Source: Rebecca billardiae RCC1528 (lineage: Eukaryota > Protista > Haptophyta). Taken from it: a DNA stretch of 64,000 bases. Below are positions 13,752 to 25,755 of this stretch, piece after piece. Positions within the stretch are counted from its first letter, which is position 1, and each line of letters opens with the position of its first letter. The notes below the pieces were generated by a model. The model had not been told where the DNA came from. It did no database searches and worked only from the letters and a program-made list of their open reading frames with translations. The position numbers and the translations under genes were made by a program. The stretch is from contig OZ251242.1 in assembly GCA_965240325.2 (NCBI GenBank), positions 496,001 to 560,000 on the forward strand, in the 5' to 3' direction.

Positions 13752-14001
13752 CGTGGCGTTATAGCGCAGCAGCTACAAACCGAGTGTGTCCGGAGGCTAG
13801 AAGTGAAGGAGGCGATGCAGGCGTGCCGCTTGCCGACCAAGGGCTTAATCCATCACGTCATCTGCTGCGCGAGTGCGTGATCCTGCAGGTGGTGACTGCT
13901 CGGGTACCCACTGATGGTGCCGGCGGCTCACGTTTCCGAGTACTATTGCTGCGGCCACCCATCTCGGCCGACCCTTCAACAGACAACACCAGGGAGTAGT
14001 A

Positions 14002-14753
14002 TGTTGAGCTGACGCGGCCTGGGGCGCGCATCTCAGCAGATGGCGTCGCCGCCGGTGCGTCAGGGCCGGTGCTGCAGCAGGCAGACCGGCGGCGCAGCTG
14101 CTGCAGAGCAGCAGTGCGGACGAGCTGGCACGACCTGGGACACGCATCTCAGCAGATGGCGTCGTCGCCGGGGTGCCAGGGCCGGTGCCGCAGCAGGCGG
14201 ACCGGCGGCGCGGCTGCTACGAGATAGCAGTGCGCGGACGCGCGGCTGCTGCGAGGCAGCAGTGCGCGGACGGAGAGCGCGCGCGTGCACGCGGCGCGCG
14301 CAGCGGCTGAAGCGATTCGGAGGCGCCCACGCGTGCTGACGCGGGGCGGCGCACCGATACCAAGCGCACACATCTTTGCAGGTCGGCGCGCACGCGGGCT
14401 GCACGCCCGGCGCGACGCGCTGCGGCGAGCAGATGGCGAGCCAGACGAGCATCTTGGCCAGGCCGCCATGCTGCCGCCGTTGGACTTTGATCCTCACATC
14501 AATCACCAACGACGCGATACGGCTGGCGCGAGCGCAGCCGCCGATTGGCCCGAAGCAAATTCAGTTCGGGGCGAAACGAATACGAAGAACGATCGCGGCT
14601 TTGGCCGGGCGAGAGGCTTGGTCACTCCGAGCTTGACACACAGCCGAGTTGCAAGAGGCAATGTGAGCCCGTGGAGGCGATGTCCGTCCTGTCGCGCGCG
14701 GTGAGCTTTTAGCAGGGCTCGGTAGCGCTCGGAGCTTCGCGGTTATCCCATCA
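14002..14753 (+). mobile_element. Solo LTR of a family related to the copia element at 16168-23567
   Basis: Starts TGTTGAGCTGACGCGGCCTGGGGCGCGCATCTCAGCAGATGG and ends GTGAGCTTTTAGCAGGGCTCG..GGAGCTTCGCGGTTATCCCATCA. Both ends are clearly similar to the copia LTR ends; the interior is diverged, with an internal duplication. TSD unclear. Confidence 0.8.
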
Positions 14754-15255
14754 AGAGTATATGTTTGACAAGATCTTTATTTACTATCATCATGCGATGT
14801 GCTATTATTACGTTCTTCATCACCACTCATGGCAGCACCTCCTTTATGGCCGCCTCCTGTCCAACTCTTCTATATACGGCTCGCTCGTGTCTATTTATCA
14901 GTTGGCGGCTCTCGAGATAGCATGCATGTGCTGAAATTGATCTCTTGGGAGCTTCTCCATCAGCATCCAGGCAGCTTCTCATTCGTCAAGCAAGCGGCCA
15001 GCCCCAAGCTCATTATCGTTGTGGCCGCTTCTAGTAACTATACGACCTGCGTTGCTATCGAGCCGAGCAACTTGGGCATCCGCTCCGCCGGGGCCCCCTG
15101 CTTATCCGCGCAGCAAAGCACAAAGAGGATCCATCATCGCCTCCAGTCGTGCTTCTATCTATATCTATATATGACGGAAGGCGCGGACGCATTCTATGTG
15201 CGTCCGTGTTGCACTCTGAGCCTGACGCTTGTCCGATGCTGCCACGTCGTTAAAT

Positions 15256-16085
15256 AGGGTGTGGGGGCAACACGGCAAAGTCCGCGCTAACGTTAGGTAG
15301 TTAGAGAAATTTTAGATAGGCGGGATCCGGCCCTATTTGAGCTCTAACGTGGGCCTCGCTCCGGAGACCGGAGGGCCCAGGTCGCGCTTACGAGGGGGGA
15401 ATCTGGCTCTGTAAGGGCTCGCCGCAACGTTAGCTCCCCTAAGTGGGAGATCGCGTCGCCGCGACCTTTGATTCGCGCCGCGGCGCCGCAAAGGGCGCAC
15501 GAGGACAGCTCGGCTCGCTGGCGCAGCGCCGCACGGAGGCGCGCGCGCGCAGCTCGCGAGTGCGCGCGCGCGCGTTCTCGCGCGTTCGTCGCGCGAGAAG
15601 AAGTATTCGCGTTCGCGGCGCCTGCGTGCGACCAGAAGCCGACGTGGCCTACGTCGTGCGCTCTTGTGTGCGTGCCGGTGTGCCCGGCAAGCGTAGCGTG
15701 CGCGCCGTGCGCTCGCCGCGCTGGTGCACTCCTTGGAGAGCGCGCGGTTGGCGGGTCACGTCGCGCGAGCAGGGTGCCGTGCGTAGCGCTGCGAACGACT
15801 GGAGCTACCGCGGTCCGCACCCCTGCACGTCAATGAAAGCGCCAAGGTGGCTGAGCGAGCGCTGGCCCTCACACGCGGTGGCGATGGTTCTTCTGGGCAC
15901 CCTCGCCGCGTTTTGAATGCCGAGATTCAAATCTCTAATAACGTATAACAATAAAAGCGACCGTGCCCCCACCCTCATCCACGCTTTCCTTGGTAGGCTT
16001 CCGCTTACGTTTTCATATTCACCGCAGGACAAATAGAGCAGATCCTAACGTTAGCGCGGACTTGCCGTGTTGCCCCCATCACACC

Positions 16086-16087
<2 letters not shown>
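15256..16087. mobile_element. Non-autonomous TIR DNA transposon (MITE-like, about 830 bp)
   Basis: Left AGGGTGTGGGGGCAACACGGCAAAGTCCGCGCTAACGTTAGG vs right CCTAACGTTAGCGCGGACTTGCCGTGTTGCCCCCATCACACCCT. Flanked by AAT/AAT (or TA/TA if the TIR starts GGG). No coding capacity evident. Confidence 0.85.

Positions 16088-16088
<1 letters not shown>

Positions 16089-16167
<79 letters not shown>
16089..16167. repeat. (TA)n tract, left flank of copia element
   Basis: Seen directly. Confidence 0.95.
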
Positions 16168-16172
<5 letters not shown>

Positions 16173-16889
16173 AGCTGACGCAGCCTGGGGCGCGCATCTC
16201 AGCAGATGGCGTCGCCGCTGGGACGTCAGGGCCGGCGCCGCACCAGGCGGGCCGGCGGCATCAGCTACGCAGTGGCTGGCTCTGGCGGCGCGCGCGCGCG
16301 GCGCGCGCGGCGGCAGGAGCGCGAGCGCAGCAGCGCTGGCGCGGAGCGACGTGGACGCGGAGCGCGGACGCGGCAGCGCAGACGCGGAGCGACACGGACG
16401 CGGCGCGTGCGCGGGCGGTACGGCCCGGCGCAGCGCGGCACGGATGGCACGCCGGCGGCACAGACGGGCGCCATCGTGGAAGAGTCCAAGGAACAACGGA
16501 CTCGATCACTTCATTCATGGACGCCCGGATTCTCAGTTTTGAGAATCGAGAATCCGGGATCATGGGTCCGTGCGCAGCTTACCCAGGTCCGATGACATTA
16601 CCGAGTACCTGGGGGAAAGATGAGCTTACGGCGGTGCGTCGGTAACGCCTGCGATTGGCGGACGCACGGAAGCGGGGCTCAGGAAGGTTACAAGATTCCC
16701 GAGCCGGGCCGCAAAACGCCGTGTCACCCTGCGCAACCGAAAGTTGGTTGCGGCAGGAGGATTAGCTTCGCTCGTCAGAGGAGCGAGGGTCGAGATTGCC
16801 TTCGTGGGCGTCACCGACGACGCGCCCGAGGACGTGCCGGTGAGCTCTTAGCAGGGCTCGAGACGCTCGGAGCTCGCGTTTACCCAATA
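16168..16889 (+). repeat. 5' LTR (TGTTG...CAATA)
   Basis: Direct repeat of 22846-23567; ORF-track translations across both copies are identical. Confidence 0.95.
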
Positions 16890-16945
16890 TGCATGCAGCG
16901 ATCGGGAGGGATCGTACGCGCGGCGCTTTCTCATCGATCGCGCCG

Positions 16946-19507
16946 ATGAGCACGAGCGGCCGGTACTACGGCTCGGTCGACGTTGGGAGCCTCAACGACA
17001 AAGGTAATCAGCAGCGTTGGCTCGCGCAATCGGCGAGCAAGCTGGCGGCGCTACCGGCGGGGCAAGGTGCTACGATGTCCGCACTGAACGGCATCATCGT
17101 GACGCATGGCCCGAACGCGGAGCACCGCATCAACACGCTCGAGGAGTACAACTCGACGTGGGCAACTTTCAACCCATCCGCGGCGAAGATGATCAAGGTC
17201 AGTGCCGAGCGGATGGACCTGGCACGTGAGAACTACGCGCTACAGCAGCGGCTGCTCGATCATCGCCACGAGCACGAGCGCCGCGAGCACGCCGAGCGCC
17301 GGGCCGCGGCGGAACGCGCGGCGGCGGCGGCGGGGGCGAGGCAGGCGGCAAGCTACGCGCAGGCTGCCTCGGCGGGCGCGGGGAGTGGTTTAGCCACTCC
17401 GGGCGGCCCGACGGCGACCGGACCGGGTTCAGGTCCGGCGGCGGGCGGCGGATCCGGAATTTCTCCGGGTCCGGCGGCCGGCACACCCAGTCCGGGTGTG
17501 GGCACAGGCGGCGCTGCAGGTGCGCCGGCTGGGACTGACGGCGCGACGCCTGCGGGCGGCGCCGGCGTCGGCGCGGCGCCTACGGGCGGCGCCGGCGGGA
17601 TGGGTGGCGCGGCGCCCGCGGGCGGCGCTGCCGTGACGCTCGATCCGCGCGCGCGTGAGCTCTACCGCCGCGAGCGCGAGACCGAGGATCAGATGCATGA
17701 GCGGCAGGCGAGCGAGCACGCCATGCTGGACATCAAACTCCGACAGAGCGTGTTGGAGGCAGCGCCGGACGGCGACGAGGCGGACCCCGCCAAGTACGCC
17801 GGGGCGCAGTACGAGAAAGGGACGGCTTTCTTACGCACCGAGCTGCGGTCGTGGGTGACGGAGGCTGCGTGGCAGCACATCAACCGCCTCATGGAGACGC
17901 AGCCGGAGGTGCAGGAGGAGCGCGCGCGCCGGGGCGCACTTACGCCGGGGCGCGAGTTTCTGTACCTGTGGAAGACGATCCTGCGCATGCGCAAGCCCGA
18001 CGACATGCGGAAGTACATGTCGGTGCGGGCACGCTGGCATCGGACGGTCCTGCCGGACTGCGGCAAGGACGGCGTCGGCGCCCTCGAGCTCTTCCAGGTG
18101 CTACAGCACAACCACGTGCTGCTGCAGGAGCTGAGTGACGCAGCGCCAGCGGCGGAGATGCTTGCGCGGCTCATCGAGTTCATTCCGTCGGTGGGCGCGG
18201 GCATCGAGATGCGGACGCGGTACGAGTCGAAGGACTACAGGACCGTGACGAACTTTGACGTGCAGGAGCTCGTGCACGAGCTCAACGGCAAGTTCGAGGA
18301 CTGGGACTTCTCCAAGGGCAAGCGGGTTGACCGCGGCGGCCCTGGGCGCCCAGGGGCGGGTGGCCGCACGCCAGGAGGCGGCGGCGCTACCCGCGCGCAC
18401 CCAATCGACGGGCTCCGCCTGGCGCAGGCGGCGGCGGCGTCGGCGGGTGGCGGCGGCGGCGACACGACGTCGCCGGCTGGCCGTGGTGGCGGCGGCGGAG
18501 GTCGTGGCGGTGGCGGCGGCGGCACTGGCCGCGGCGCCGGCCGCGGAGGCCAGGACGACTCCGACGACGCGCACGGGCCGCGCTGCTACAAGTGCGGCGC
18601 CGTGGGGCATATCAAGCGTTACTGCCCGCAGGTGACGCAGGCTGATCGCGACTCGAACGCTGGCGATGACGCGGCGTCGACGCGGTCGGATCGCAGCCGT
18701 GGCTCACATCGGAGCGGCGGTGGCGGTGGCGGCGGCGGTGGCGGGGGCAGCACCCGCGCCGTGGTCGGGAATGGCAACGGCGGCGGCACGGTCCGCACGC
18801 AGGTCGCGTTCGCTCCCGAGCAGGGAGACGAGCCCGACGGCGCCGTTGGTGGCGACGGTGACGCTGACGCCGGAGACGGCGGCGGCGCCGGCGCCGGACT
18901 CGGCTTGGCGCCTATTGGCGCGGCTATCGGCGGCAGGGCGCAGCGCGACGAGGACATTGAGATCGTCGCGGCGCGGGCGGCCGAGGCACGCGTGGCGCCG
19001 CCGGAGGACAACACGCGGGCGTTGGTGTTTGACACTGGCGCACGGAAGAACATCGCCATGGCCGAGGATTTGACGAATCTTACCCCGGTGGACGGCGCAT
19101 GTCAGATCGAGTGGGGGAACGGTGCGCGGGAGCGGGTCACTCACCGCGGGACCCTGGTGGTCAAGCTTGCGGCGGACGACGACAGCGACAAGGTCCTCAC
19201 GCTCGAGATCGAGGCGTGGGCGTCGCGGCGCGTCACGGCGCCGCTGCTGTCGGTCGAGCACTGCGCGGACGCAGGCATCGAGTTCCACTACTCGCAGCGC
19301 GGCAACACTGCGGACTTTACGGCGCTGGGAGGCGGCGTCGTGCAGCTGCCGCGCGATTCCACGCTGCGCGCCGAGATTGTACGGCGCCAGGTGGGGCCGG
19401 ACGTCGGCGATGCGCCGGCGGAGCAGCGCGCACGGCGCAGGGCGCCAGTGCGGCGCGTGGGCGCGGGGCGGGGGCGCGTTGGCGCTGCGCCGCCCCCAAA
19501 CGCCTAA
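16946..19507 (+). CDS. gag: Copia ORF1: Gag with CCHC zinc knuckle plus aspartic protease
   Basis: CYKCGAVGHIKRYC knuckle; LVFDTGARKNI protease active site followed by IEWGNG..V..RG..LLSV. Confidence 0.9.
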   Translation: MSTSGRYYGSVDVGSLNDKGNQQRWLAQSASKLAALPAGQGATMSALNGIIVTHGPNAEHRINTLEEYNSTWATFNPSAAKMIKVSAERMDLARENYALQQRLLDHRHEHERREHAERRAAAERAAAAAGARQAASYAQAASAGAGSGLATPGGPTATGPGSGPAAGGGSGISPGPAAGTPSPGVGTGGAAGAPAGTDGATPAGGAGVGAAPTGGAGGMGGAAPAGGAAVTLDPRARELYRRERETEDQMHERQASEHAMLDIKLRQSVLEAAPDGDEADPAKYAGAQYEKGTAFLRTELRSWVTEAAWQHINRLMETQPEVQEERARRGALTPGREFLYLWKTILRMRKPDDMRKYMSVRARWHRTVLPDCGKDGVGALELFQVLQHNHVLLQELSDAAPAAEMLARLIEFIPSVGAGIEMRTRYESKDYRTVTNFDVQELVHELNGKFEDWDFSKGKRVDRGGPGRPGAGGRTPGGGGATRAHPIDGLRLAQAAAASAGGGGGDTTSPAGRGGGGGGRGGGGGGTGRGAGRGGQDDSDDAHGPRCYKCGAVGHIKRYCPQVTQADRDSNAGDDAASTRSDRSRGSHRSGGGGGGGGGGGSTRAVVGNGNGGGTVRTQVAFAPEQGDEPDGAVGGDGDADAGDGGGAGAGLGLAPIGAAIGGRAQRDEDIEIVAARAAEARVAPPEDNTRALVFDTGARKNIAMAEDLTNLTPVDGACQIEWGNGARERVTHRGTLVVKLAADDDSDKVLTLEIEAWASRRVTAPLLSVEHCADAGIEFHYSQRGNTADFTALGGGVVQLPRDSTLRAEIVRRQVGPDVGDAPAEQRARRRAPVRRVGAGRGRVGAAPPPNA

Positions 19508-22500
19508 GCCCGGAACCCGCGCAGGTGCGAGCCACAAACACAACCACTACGGTATCTGATACCACTACTACTACGGAGGCGGCGCGAGACGCTGATCCGG
19601 CGTGGTTACGCACTTGGTCGGTTCGAACGGGCACCAATGACCAACGTCTACTCGAGCGCACGCGACGCGTGGCCGAGGGGATGGAGGGGGCGAACGCGCG
19701 GCGTGAGCCGCTTGACGAGCAGTCGGCGGCGGGCATGACGCGGCGGTCGTTCGCGGACGCGATGCCGACGGCGCACTACCCTGGGCAGGTGACGCACGTC
19801 GACATCTTCTCTATGGCGCGGATCGACTTACCAGTTGGGGCCGATGGCGCACGTGGAGGGTATCCTCATGGGATCATATTCATCGATGGGCATTCACGTC
19901 GATGGCAAGTGTACGCGCTACGCAGCTTGGATGACGCCGAGGTTGGTCGGGCATTCCGCTGGTACGCGCAGTTGCTTGGAACAGGGGCCATGCACATGTC
20001 GCATTGGGTCCTGGCGTCGGGGTGTACTATGGCGCGACGCCATGTTCACACCGACGGTGGCTCGACGTTGCTGAGTACGTACGTCGAGGGTGAGCTGGCG
20101 AAGCTTGGGTTCTCGTCGACGGTCACGTCGGCGCCCGACTCGCCGAGCTCGAATGGCGTGGCGGAACGCGCTATCCGCACGCTGAAGTCGAGGCTGCGCG
20201 CCACGGTCGTTGCGCGTGGAGTCTCGAGGGTCGATTGGCACTACGCGGCGTGGCACGCATGCGCGTCGCGCAATCGACTGGCGTCACGTGGTATCATTCG
20301 TGACGATGGAGACATCGAGTGGCTCACGCCGGATGAGCTGTTCTTTGGGAAACGCCCGACGTGGAAGCATCACGTGGCGTTTGGCGCGCGCTGCCGCGTG
20401 CTGATGCTGGGCGCACGGCGCAATGCATTGGGGCAGCTGAAGCAGCGCGCACTACCCGGACGTGTCTATCTCTGGGGTGGGCACGGCGTGCAGTGGCGCG
20501 GTACATGGCGCTACGTGCTCGGGTACGTATGTCGTTTAGACGACGGACGTCTCGTTCACTCACGTGACGTACGCATCGACGAGACCGACCTGGTCGAGGG
20601 GGGGCACTCGTCGCTGGGCGCACCTGACGGTGGCGCGTACGTGGGTGATGGTGACGACGCCGCGGTAAGCGGCGGATATCGTCCAGTCGGCGGTGACGCC
20701 GACGGTGAGGACGAGGACGGCGATGGCGGCGAGACGCCAGCCGACGCCGGGAATGACGACGCGACAGAGTTCGACGTCGGGTACGACGACGACGCAGATG
20801 CGTCAACGTCGGGGCGCGGGCGCAGCAGCGTGGACGCGGGACAACGCGGGTGCAGCAGCGCGGGCGCACAGCCGTCGACGCCGACGCCGCAGGGCGGGCG
20901 TGGCGGGGCAGGCGCGTCGATGACGCAGCCGGGTCGGCAGGATCAGATACCGCCGACGGAATCACGGCGCGGGGCCGCAGCAGATGCTGGCGGGCCGCCG
21001 CGCGGCGCAGACGGTGACGACGGCGTGATCGAGGACGCGCCGCCGCCCGGCCTGGATATGGGACACGATCCGCTTCGCAGGGATCGGACGTCGCGCCGAC
21101 GGCCGCAGCTGCTTACTGCCGTCGTCAGCGCCGCGTCGGTGTTCCAGAAGATCAACGTGAAGGTGCCGACGAACTATCGCGAGGCGATGCGGTCGGCGGA
21201 GGCGCCCCAGTGGCAGGGCGCCATGCTCGAGCACTTGGAAGGTCACAAGTTGCTCGGCACCTCGGAGGAGGTGGTGGTTCCGGAGGGCACGCGGGTGTTG
21301 CCGAGCCAGTGGGTCTTTGACGTGAAGTCGAACCCGGAGGGCGAGGTGACGCGCTTCAAGGCGCGGTCGGTGCTACTGGGGAACCTACAGCGGCCGGGGA
21401 TCGACTTTCAGGAGGTCTTTGCTCCGACGATCCGGCCGGAACAAGTGCGACTACTCGTGGCGATCGCCGCTCAGCAGGCGGGCGCGAGAGTCGACTTGGG
21501 TGCAGCGTCGGTTGTGGCGCTGGGCATACTGTCGAAGGGCGACGTCAAGGACGCGTACCTCAACTCGGAGTTGAAGCCGGATGAGCGGCCTCTCTTCTCA
21601 TTCCCGCCGGGCTACGTGCCGAGCACGCAGGCGCCGCCGGGGTACAAAGTCGTGGGCCGGAGCCTGAAGGCGTATCCGGGCCTACGCCAGTCTGGGCGCG
21701 CGTGGCATCGCACGCACCGCACCCAGCTGCTCGCGCGCGGCTTCTCGGAGTGTCCGAGTGCGCCGTGCATCTACGTCAAGGAGTCGGCGCCGGGCGAGTT
21801 CATCATCGCGGGCGGCTTTGTCGACGACTTGCTGTTTCTCAACCTGACGCGCGACGCGCGCGCGGTGGAGAAGCTGGCGGCTGACCTGAAGGAGCACTAC
21901 GAGATCAAGCTGAGTGAGCGGCTCGATAAGTTCCTGGGCGCCGTGTTTGAAGTTCATGACGACGGCATCCTGATGCATCTGGGGCCGTACGTCGAGAGCG
22001 TGCTTCAGCGGTTCGGTTTGAACGCAAGCACGCCGGCGCGCACGCCGGAGCCGGCGGCGCGGGCGCAGCTGAGCGACGACGACGAGGCGTTGCTGCAGCG
22101 CGCAGAGATTGAGAACTACCAGGCGATGGTGGGATGTCTCATGTTTGCGATGGTCACGGCGCGGCCGGACATCGCGCACGCGGTGAACATGCTGACGCGA
22201 CGCATGTCATGTCCGCGGGCGGTGGATCTGGTAAGTGCGAAGCGCGTGCTGCGCTACTTACGTGGATGCCCGCGATTGGGAATCTTGTTCAAGTTTGCGA
22301 CAGATTCCGAGCACCCCGACCTACTTGCTTTCGCTGACTCCGATTGGGCAAGCAATCCGGTGGAGACCAAGGGCAGGTCGACGGGTGGATACATTGTGTT
22401 CTACAATGGGGCGCCGGTGTCGTGGCACAGCGGGCTGCAAGGTACAGTCTCGCTGAGCTCGACAGAGGCGGAGTACGTCGCGCTGAGCGATTGCTGCCGC

Positions 22501-22809
22501 GAGGTGAGCTACTTGCGGAGCATACTCGAGTCCATGCGGCAGCCGCCGCGGGACGCGACGGAGGTGCGAGAGGACAACAAGGGGGCTATCGACCTCGTGG
22601 AGAATCCTGTGCACCACAAGCGCTCGAAGCACATCGAGATCAAGCATCACTATGTGCGTGACGCGCAGGAGGGTGGCAAGGTAAAGGTGGTCAAGGTACA
22701 CACCTCACTCAACCACTCTGACATCATGACGAAGGCGACGGACGGTGCGACGTTCAAGCGGCACGTCGACGCCATCATGGTGGACCGACACCCGACGCGC
22801 GCGCGGTAA
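19495..22809 (+). CDS. pol: Copia ORF2 (-1 frame): integrase, reverse transcriptase, RNase H
   Basis: IN: HVD..FIDGHSR..HTDGG..SNGVAERAIRTL. RT: WVFDVK..RFKARSV..QRPGIDFQEVFAP, DVKDAYLN, FVDDLLF. RNase H: AFADSDWA, RSTGGY, SSTEAEY, EDNKGAI, KHIEIKHH. Confidence 0.95.
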   Translation, partial: PKRLSPEPAQVRATNTTTTVSDTTTTTEAARDADPAWLRTWSVRTGTNDQRLLERTRRVAEGMEGANARREPLDEQSAAGMTRRSFADAMPTAHYPGQVTHVDIFSMARIDLPVGADGARGGYPHGIIFIDGHSRRWQVYALRSLDDAEVGRAFRWYAQLLGTGAMHMSHWVLASGCTMARRHVHTDGGSTLLSTYVEGELAKLGFSSTVTSAPDSPSSNGVAERAIRTLKSRLRATVVARGVSRVDWHYAAWHACASRNRLASRGIIRDDGDIEWLTPDELFFGKRPTWKHHVAFGARCRVLMLGARRNALGQLKQRALPGRVYLWGGHGVQWRGTWRYVLGYVCRLDDGRLVHSRDVRIDETDLVEGGHSSLGAPDGGAYVGDGDDAAVSGGYRPVGGDADGEDEDGDGGETPADAGNDDATEFDVGYDDDADASTSGRGRSSVDAGQRGCSSAGAQPSTPTPQGGRGGAGASMTQPGRQDQIPPTESRRGAAADAGGPPRGADGDDGVIEDAPPPGLDMGHDPLRRDRTSRRRPQLLTAVVSAASVFQKINVKVPTNYREAMRSAEAPQWQGAMLEHLEGHKLLGTSEEVVVPEGTRVLPSQWVFDVKSNPEGEVTRFKARSVLLGNLQRPGIDFQEVFAPTIRPEQVRLLVAIAAQQAGARVDLGAASVVALGILSKGDVKDAYLNSELKPDERPLFSFPPGYVPSTQAPPGYKVVGRSLKAYPGLRQSGRAWHRTHRTQLLARGFSECPSAPCIYVKESAPGEFIIAGGFVDDLLFLNLTRDARAVEKLAADLKEHYEIKLSERLDKFLGAVFEVHDDGILMHLGPYVESVLQRFGLNASTPARTPEPAARAQLSDDDEALLQRAEIENYQAMVGCLMFAMVTARPDIAHAVNMLTRRMSCPRAVDLVSAKRVLRYLRGCPRLGILFKFATDSEHPDLLAFADSDWASNPVETKGRSTGGYIVFYNGAPVSWHSGLQGTVSLSSTEAEYVALSDCCREVSYLRSILESMRQPPRDATEVREDNKGAIDLVENPVHHKRSKHIEIKHHYVRDAQEGGKVKVVKVHTSLNHSDIMTKATDGATFKRHVDAIMVDRHPTRAR

Positions 22810-22845
22810 GCGGCGCAGCTCGCGGCTATGGCTGTCGAGGGGGGG

Positions 22846-23567
22846 TGTTGAGCTGACGCAGCCTGGGGCGCGCATCTCAGCAGATGGCGTCGCCGCTGGG
22901 ACGTCAGGGCCGGCGCCGCACCAGGCGGGCCGGCGGCATCAGCTACGCAGTGGCTGGCTCTGGCGGCGCGCGCGCGCGGCGCGCGCGGCGGCAGGAGCGC
23001 GAGCGCAGCAGCGCTGGCGCGGAGCGACGTGGACGCGGAGCGCGGACGCGGCAGCGCAGACGCGGAGCGACACGGACGCGGCGCGTGCGCGGGCGGTACG
23101 GCCCGGCGCAGCGCGGCACGGATGGCACGCCGGCGGCACAGACGGGCGCCATCGTGGAAGAGTCCAAGGAACAACGGACTCGATCACTTCATTCATGGAC
23201 GCCCGGATTCTCAGTTTTGAGAATCGAGAATCCGGGATCATGGGTCCGTGCGCAGCTTACCCAGGTCCGATGACATTACCGAGTACCTGGGGGAAAGATG
23301 AGCTTACGGCGGTGCGTCGGTAACGCCTGCGATTGGCGGACGCACGGAAGCGGGGCTCAGGAAGGTTACAAGATTCCCGAGCCGGGCCGCAAAACGCCGT
23401 GTCACCCTGCGCAACCGAAAGTTGGTTGCGGCAGGAGGATTAGCTTCGCTCGTCAGAGGAGCGAGGGTCGAGATTGCCTTCGTGGGCGTCACCGACGACG
23501 CGCCCGAGGACGTGCCGGTGAGCTCTTAGCAGGGCTCGAGACGCTCGGAGCTCGCGTTTACCCAATA
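22846..23567 (+). repeat. 3' LTR
   Basis: Preceded by the PPT and followed by a (TA)n tract. Confidence 0.95.

Positions 23568-25315
<1,748 letters not shown>

Positions 25316-25408
<93 letters not shown>
25316..25408. repeat. (TA)n tract
   Basis: Seen directly. Confidence 0.95.
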
Positions 25409-25409
<1 letters not shown>

Positions 25410-25755
25410 GTCGTCGATCATTTATATATATCATCGATCATCATCGTCCGCGGAGGAGGACGCGGCGGCCCGGTGTCTCGGATGCCGCGCCGCTGCGACG
25501 GTGAATCGTATGTGCGACGCCAACAAGCAGAGCGCTGTCGTCGCGGGGGCGGCGCTCGGGTCCATCGCTGCGCCGTGCGCTCGGTCACGTGCCCGGCCAC
25601 GAGTGCTGGGCGTCCCGGTCCATCGTCCGCTTGGCGTGCTCGATAGTCCTGTGCCCGAGCGCCAGCCCGCAGATGATCATAGCAAAGCACGTCCACCAGC
25701 ATCTTGGGGACCCATCTTGTATTCGGGCAATCTGAGTGTCAGTGAGCTGTGACAC

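Larger units (their letters stand above)
16168..23567 (+). mobile_element. Full-length Ty1/copia LTR retrotransposon (7.4 kb) inserted in (TA)n
   Basis: 722-bp direct LTRs at 16168-16889 and 22846-23567; PPT GAGGGGGGG at 22837-22845; domain order gag-PR-IN-RT-RNaseH. Confidence 0.97.

Noticed and set aside
13997-14758. Target-site duplication for the solo LTR
   Set aside because: The flanks TAGTA and AGAGT do not match without shifting the boundary.
15963-16645. ORFs containing YIYIYI runs (also near 13.6, 23.6, 25.3, 37.5 and 39.9 kb)
   Set aside because: They are translations of (TA)n microsatellites.
16890-16920. tRNA gene or canonical PBS
   Set aside because: The reverse complement is only loosely T-arm-like, lacks CCA complementarity and forms no cloverleaf.
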